DNA of 64,000 nt, from positions 478 to 64,477 of the forward strand of contig JAWRIR010000142.1 of NCBI GenBank assembly GCA_040268405.1, read 5' to 3'. Below, in pieces: positions 59,688-64,000 of the stretch. Made by a program: the position numbers and the translations under genes. The stretch comes from Thermoproteota archaeon. GTDB taxonomy: Archaea > Thermoproteota > Bathyarchaeia > Bathyarchaeales > Bathycorpusculaceae. Numbering within the stretch: the stretch's first letter is position 1; each line of letters starts with the position of its first letter. The notes beneath the pieces were generated by a model. That model saw only the letters and a list, made by a program, of their open reading frames with translations. It searched no databases and was not told where the DNA came from.

Positions 59688-60350
59688 ATGGATTTACAGC
59701 AGATAATCACCGATTTCCTAACCCCTTCAAGCACATACGCATCTTTAACGGTTGACCGCGTCGTCATAGCATTAGTAATGTCTTTCGCAATAAACATGCT
59801 AATCTTTTACATTTACCGTAAAACCTTCAAAGGAGTAATCTACAACCGACAATTCAACATCGGCTTAGTCCTAACAGGCTTAGTAGTTACCCTTGTAGTG
59901 CTGCCAATAAGCTCCAACGTCGCATTATCCTTGGGCATGGTAGGCGCGTTAAGTATCATACGGTTCCGAACCGCTATCAAAGACCCAAAAGACATAGTCT
60001 TCACTTTCTGGACAATAGCCGTAGGCATCATCTGCGGCGCAGGTCTATACATGATAGCATTAGTTGGCGTACCAATAATCGCAGTAATGCTTGTAGTGCT
60101 GGAACACACACGCCTACGTGGACCAGAACCCTACCTACTGGTAGTTCACTACAAAAATGAAGCCGACGCCGCCGTCCAAGCTGCCCTGCCAAAACACAAA
60201 ATCCGCTCAAGAACCGTAAACGCCGACGGCGTAGAACTCATGGGCGAAGTCAGAATGAACCCCAAAGATGTGCCAAACGTGGATGCCCTACTGAAAATTG
60301 ACGGCGTTAAAGACGCTTCAATCGTCAGTTACACCTCTGACTCGACCTAA
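59688..60350 (+). CDS. DUF4956-family membrane protein
   Basis: SSNVALSLGMVGALSIIRFRTAIKDPKD. Confidence 0.9.
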   Translation: MDLQQIITDFLTPSSTYASLTVDRVVIALVMSFAINMLIFYIYRKTFKGVIYNRQFNIGLVLTGLVVTLVVLPISSNVALSLGMVGALSIIRFRTAIKDPKDIVFTFWTIAVGIICGAGLYMIALVGVPIIAVMLVVLEHTRLRGPEPYLLVVHYKNEADAAVQAALPKHKIRSRTVNADGVELMGEVRMNPKDVPNVDALLKIDGVKDASIVSYTSDST

Positions 60351-60375
60351 CCATCTTTTTTTGGAGAAAAACAAC

Positions 60376-61077
60376 ATGTCAGTAAGAAGGCGGGAATTAA
60401 AATATCAAATCGACCCGTTAGAGTATCATGTTTTAAAGAAAAAAGTCTCTTCGGTTCTTAAGCCTGACCCGCACATGAAAACAGCCAGCAGCTACCTGAT
60501 TAGAAACTTGTATTTTGACGATTACAAAGACTCTGCATATTGGGAAAAAGAAGCCGGAACCTATCAAAGAAAAAAATACCGTCTACGCATGTACAACAAC
60601 GATGATTCCGTAATCAAGTTTGAATGCAAAAGTAAAACAGGGTGCTACGTGTTCAAGCAAACAACTTTAATAACACGCCAGCAAGCAGAACAACTCATAG
60701 CTGGGGACTTTAGTTTTCTCGAAGGCACCAGTGACAAGCTGCTTAGCGATTTTTATTTGGAAACACGTTGCGCATTGATAAAACCTGTAGTTATTGTTGA
60801 ATACACCCGTGAAGCGTACGTTCAGCCTATCGGCAATGTCCGAGTAACTTTTGACAGCAACCTAAAAACCAGCAGCGGCACACCCGACTTCTTTGACAAT
60901 AACGCCTGTATGGTGCGCGCTATAGACCAGTTGGGAATGGTTTTAGAAGTAAAATACACTGACTTTTTACCTGTTTATGTTAAAGGGTTATTCCCTGCAA
61001 CTATAAAGCCTCAAGAAGCCATCGGCAAGTTTTCTATCTGCAGAAGCCAACAGATGCTTCAAACAGGCGTACAATAA
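60376..61077 (+). CDS. VTC-domain polyphosphate polymerase-like protein
   Basis: RRELKY, IRNLYFD, RKKYRLRMY, FECKSK, Y.REAY, RVTFDSNL, VLEVKY; ATG 60376. Confidence 0.9.
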   Translation: MSVRRRELKYQIDPLEYHVLKKKVSSVLKPDPHMKTASSYLIRNLYFDDYKDSAYWEKEAGTYQRKKYRLRMYNNDDSVIKFECKSKTGCYVFKQTTLITRQQAEQLIAGDFSFLEGTSDKLLSDFYLETRCALIKPVVIVEYTREAYVQPIGNVRVTFDSNLKTSSGTPDFFDNNACMVRAIDQLGMVLEVKYTDFLPVYVKGLFPATIKPQEAIGKFSICRSQQMLQTGVQ

Positions 61078-61164
61078 CAAAGTTTTAAGATTATCATTTT
61101 TTACTTTCAGAAACAAGTTAGGACTAAGTTTTTGATAAAAAAAGAAAAGAAAAGGGTTGAAGGG

Positions 61165-63027
61165 TTAACGGACTGTAGTTACTACAGTACTGGTTGTGAA
61201 GCTTGTGTATTTTGTGCCTGCAGTGTATGTTCCGCCAGTGTAGACGCCGTCTTGAAGTGTTCCTGTTGAGCTGCCGCCAACGTAAACATTGTATGTTGTG
61301 CCCTGCTGTAGCGATGCTGAGCATACTACTATGGACTGGAATTGTTTGGATGCTTGGAAAGTTACTACGTTGCTGCCCGTGCTACTTTCAATATGGATTA
61401 AGGTTCCTGCTTGATAGGCGCTTCTAAAGTTGACGAGCACTGAGTACTGGGTTGATGTTGTGCTTAGTGACTGCGCCATTCCTGAACTGCCTACTGCAAT
61501 TAAGTAGCCGCCAGTCATCTTGTAAGTGCTAAAGTCTAAGGCTCCGTTACCGTTGTCTGTTGGACCGTTAACGATGATTGTTCCAGCTGTTTGTGTTATG
61601 GCACCGTTGATGTCTATGCCGTCTCCGCCAGTGTTAACAACGATGTAGCCGCCGTTAACGTAAAATGCACAGTTACCACTGTTCATGAAGTTGTCTTGAC
61701 CTGGACCGCCGCCACCCCATCCTGGACCAGGATTCATGCCTGACGCGTCATTGCCGCCTGCACCGTTGATTCCGTCGTCGCTGGCTACTAAGTTGATGTC
61801 TCCGCCGTTGATTGTGATTGTTACGCTTTCAATGCCTTCGTAGGATTTGGCTATGTCTATTGTTCCGCCGTTTATGGTGATTGATGTGTCTGCGTGTATG
61901 CCGTCGTCGCCTGATTGGATTGCAAATGTTCCTGAGTTTATGGTGATTGTGCCGTTTGAGTGGATTGCGTCGTCGGCTGAGTTTAAGGTGAAGGTTCCGC
62001 TTGTGATGGTGACTGTTGAGAGTCCTTTGAGTGCTTTTGCTGATGTTGATGTGCTGCCAGTTGCACCGCCTGCTGTTGTTGCAGTGATTTTTCCTCCTGT
62101 TACTGTTAGGTCTGTTTTTGCTGAGATTGCGTCGCCGTTTGAGGTTACTGTTATGGTGCCTGCTTGGATTGTTATGTAGCCTCTTGTTGTGTCTTCTGCG
62201 TTGTCGGATAGTAAGCCGTTTTCGCCTGCTGTTACTGTTATTTGGCCGCCTTTTACGATTAGGTAGTCTTTGCCTCTTATGCCATCGTCGCCTGCGTCAA
62301 CTGTGATTGTGCCGCTTTTGATGATTAAGCCGTCTTTGCTGGTTATGCCGTCGTTGTTTCCGTCAACAGAGAGGGTGCCTGTTCCGTAGAGGGTTAGGTC
62401 GCTTGTGCTGTAAACTACTGCGTTAACGTCTTCAAGGGTGGTTGTTCGTGTGTCTTTTAGCGTGTTGGTTGTGCCGTCTTCAAGGATGATTACGACTTTT
62501 TTTGCGTCTAAAACGTAGATTGGCGAGTCGCTGGAGCAGGTGATGTCTGCGTTGCTTAGTATTAGCTGGACTGTGCCGTCGTCTGGGCTGTTTACGATTA
62601 CTTGTCCATCTGTGAGTGTGCCTGTGATTCTGTAAGCGCCTGATTCTGTGAGGGTTATTGTGTTGCCGTCAACTGTTGCCGTGGCTGAATCAGTTGTTAT
62701 AGAATTTGAAGTCAATGTTACGTTGGCTACTTGGCTTTCGTCAACTACGTAGTCTGATGCGTCTTCGTGGTCATCTTCATGGGTGGTTTGGTCGTTTGTT
62801 GTTGGCGTGGTTGTTGGGGTTGCTGTTGGTGTGCTGGTTGCTGAGGGGCTGTTACTTGTGGTGCTGGTTGGTGTTGGAGTTTGATTCTGGTTGCCATCGG
62901 TGGTGTCATCGTTGCCTGCTTGGTTGTCATTGGCAATTAAGGTGACTACTTCATAAACTGCTAATGATAGTACTAAGCATGTGCATATGGCAACCAGTAT
63001 CAATCGTGTTCTGTTCATTTGACTCAT
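61165..63027 (-). CDS. Cthe_2159-type carbohydrate-binding/beta-helix surface protein
   Basis: N-terminal TM; Thr/Pro linker; ITESGAYRITGTLTDGQVIV; repeated DGI/DAIH turns (DDGIRGKD, DDAIHSNG, DGIDING). Confidence 0.85.
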   Translation of the reverse strand: MSQMNRTRLILVAICTCLVLSLAVYEVVTLIANDNQAGNDDTTDGNQNQTPTPTSTTSNSPSATSTPTATPTTTPTTNDQTTHEDDHEDASDYVVDESQVANVTLTSNSITTDSATATVDGNTITLTESGAYRITGTLTDGQVIVNSPDDGTVQLILSNADITCSSDSPIYVLDAKKVVIILEDGTTNTLKDTRTTTLEDVNAVVYSTSDLTLYGTGTLSVDGNNDGITSKDGLIIKSGTITVDAGDDGIRGKDYLIVKGGQITVTAGENGLLSDNAEDTTRGYITIQAGTITVTSNGDAISAKTDLTVTGGKITATTAGGATGSTSTSAKALKGLSTVTITSGTFTLNSADDAIHSNGTITINSGTFAIQSGDDGIHADTSITINGGTIDIAKSYEGIESVTITINGGDINLVASDDGINGAGGNDASGMNPGPGWGGGGPGQDNFMNSGNCAFYVNGGYIVVNTGGDGIDINGAITQTAGTIIVNGPTDNGNGALDFSTYKMTGGYLIAVGSSGMAQSLSTTSTQYSVLVNFRSAYQAGTLIHIESSTGSNVVTFQASKQFQSIVVCSASLQQGTTYNVYVGGSSTGTLQDGVYTGGTYTAGTKYTSFTTSTVVTTVR

Positions 63028-63113
63028 CTATATAGGCGGTTTGTAAAAATATATTAAAGGATTTTACAGGATTATACCCTAATCTGTACAGGATTAAAAC
63101 TTAGTGTTCAGGC

Positions 63114-63584
63114 TTAGAAGTCGTCTTTGCCTATTCGATACAAGAGCCACTCCAACTGTTCTGCCCCATTTGCCCTGTAGAACTCTTGCGCTGGCGTATT
63201 CCATTTTAAAACATTAAACTCGATTCTGCCGCAACCGTCTCGTTTAGCCTCCTCTTTAATAAAGCCAAACAACGCTTTGCCTACCCCTCCCCGGCGATAC
63301 TCCTCCAAAACAAATATGTCCTCCAAAAACAGCGTTGGCAAAGCAAGAAACGTCGAATAAGTAAAAAAGTAAACGATGTACCCGGCAGGTTTGCTGTCGA
63401 CGGTGGCGATGTAAGCCCTAAATTTTGGGTTAACAGCTAAGCAGTCGCTGCGCAGTCGTGCTTTAGCTTCTGGGGCAGGTAACGGCAAATGCTCATACTC
63501 GGCAAGTTTGTCAATTAAACCCAAAAACTGTTCAATGTTCTGCTGGTCAACAGGCTCAATCGTTACAGGGTTTTCTTTGTGCAT
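63114..63584 (-). CDS. GNAT N-acetyltransferase (diamine acetyltransferase-like)
   Basis: YSTFLA..LFLEDIFV.EEYRRGGVGKAL; VLKWNTPAQEFY. Confidence 0.88.
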   Translation of the reverse strand: MHKENPVTIEPVDQQNIEQFLGLIDKLAEYEHLPLPAPEAKARLRSDCLAVNPKFRAYIATVDSKPAGYIVYFFTYSTFLALPTLFLEDIFVLEEYRRGGVGKALFGFIKEEAKRDGCGRIEFNVLKWNTPAQEFYRANGAEQLEWLLYRIGKDDF

Positions 63585-63642
63585 GTGAAGTATTGATTGT
63601 TTTATAAAAATAAAAATTTGTTGAAAGACTAAACGGTGAATG

Positions 63643-64000
63643 TTAGTCTAAGGGTTGTTGTAAGGAGTAAACGTTTTGTGAAAAGCTTGTCGTGAGCGCA
63701 TCAATGTCAGAGATGCCCAGTATCACGTATTCGCCGTTGGTCAATTCGATGATTAGGCTGGTATTGTTGTTAGTTAGCACGTGTGCTGTGTGTCCGTTTC
63801 CAAGCGTAAAAAGGCCTACGCAGACATCGCCTGAGGCTGTGCCAAAGGTTCTTGACATTGTCAGTTCGCCTTGACCCAATTGGCCGATGTACGCGTTTGC
63901 GATTTGGTCTGAAGGGATGGTCATGCTTCCTGCACCCAAAAAGCTTGACTGGTAACTTATGTACTGGTCGCCTACAGTGATTGTTGATGGCAGGGCGTTA
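63643..64000 (-). CDS. 3' part of a protein, possibly a bacterial-type PH domain (starts outside the window)
   Basis: Frame open to the window edge: ...SMTIPSDQI..AY...RTFGTASGDVCVGLFTL...ELTNGEYVIL. Confidence 0.55.
   Translation of the reverse strand, partial: NALPSTITVGDQYISYQSSFLGAGSMTIPSDQIANAYIGQLGQGELTMSRTFGTASGDVCVGLFTLGNGHTAHVLTNNNTSLIIELTNGEYVILGISDIDALTTSFSQNVYSLQQPLD

Overview
Archaeal chromosomal segment, probably Bathyarchaeia (inferred from rps8e, srp19, thermosome, cgi121, ipk-fni-idsA-gltX, smc-scpA-scpB, a stand-alone mtrH and many Bathyarchaeia-style secreted proteins). It holds about 70 CDS and one tRNA-Glu(CTC). No CRISPR array, rRNA, transposase or integrase was seen. 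Housekeeping blocks alternate with accessory cell-surface and membrane genes. Main observations: (1) a dispersed 55-150 bp intergenic element in four copies, built from an 18-bp palindrome, a GAAACCTATAGGGGGTAGGT core, an SD-like end and a start codon; (2) a candidate regulon at two loci 54 kb apart, each with a membrane-anchored winged-helix regulator and secreted Cys/Gln-rich proteins whose promoters share TGAAACG-N2/3-CGTTTCA boxes at fixed spacing; (3) two large genes (Mg2+ ATPase, S8 protease) whose true N-termini need a +1 shift in an A-run just after the start; (4) a wHTH-like tail on the Mg2+ ATPase; (5) two unrelated surface genes sharing a homologous anchor-coding 3' end; (6) a pilin/Roadblock cluster, a B12 radical-SAM enzyme with a lipid-carrier-like tail, and a bacterial-type VTC/DUF4956/Cthe_2159 triad. 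All family assignments come from motif recognition by eye; no database searches were run.
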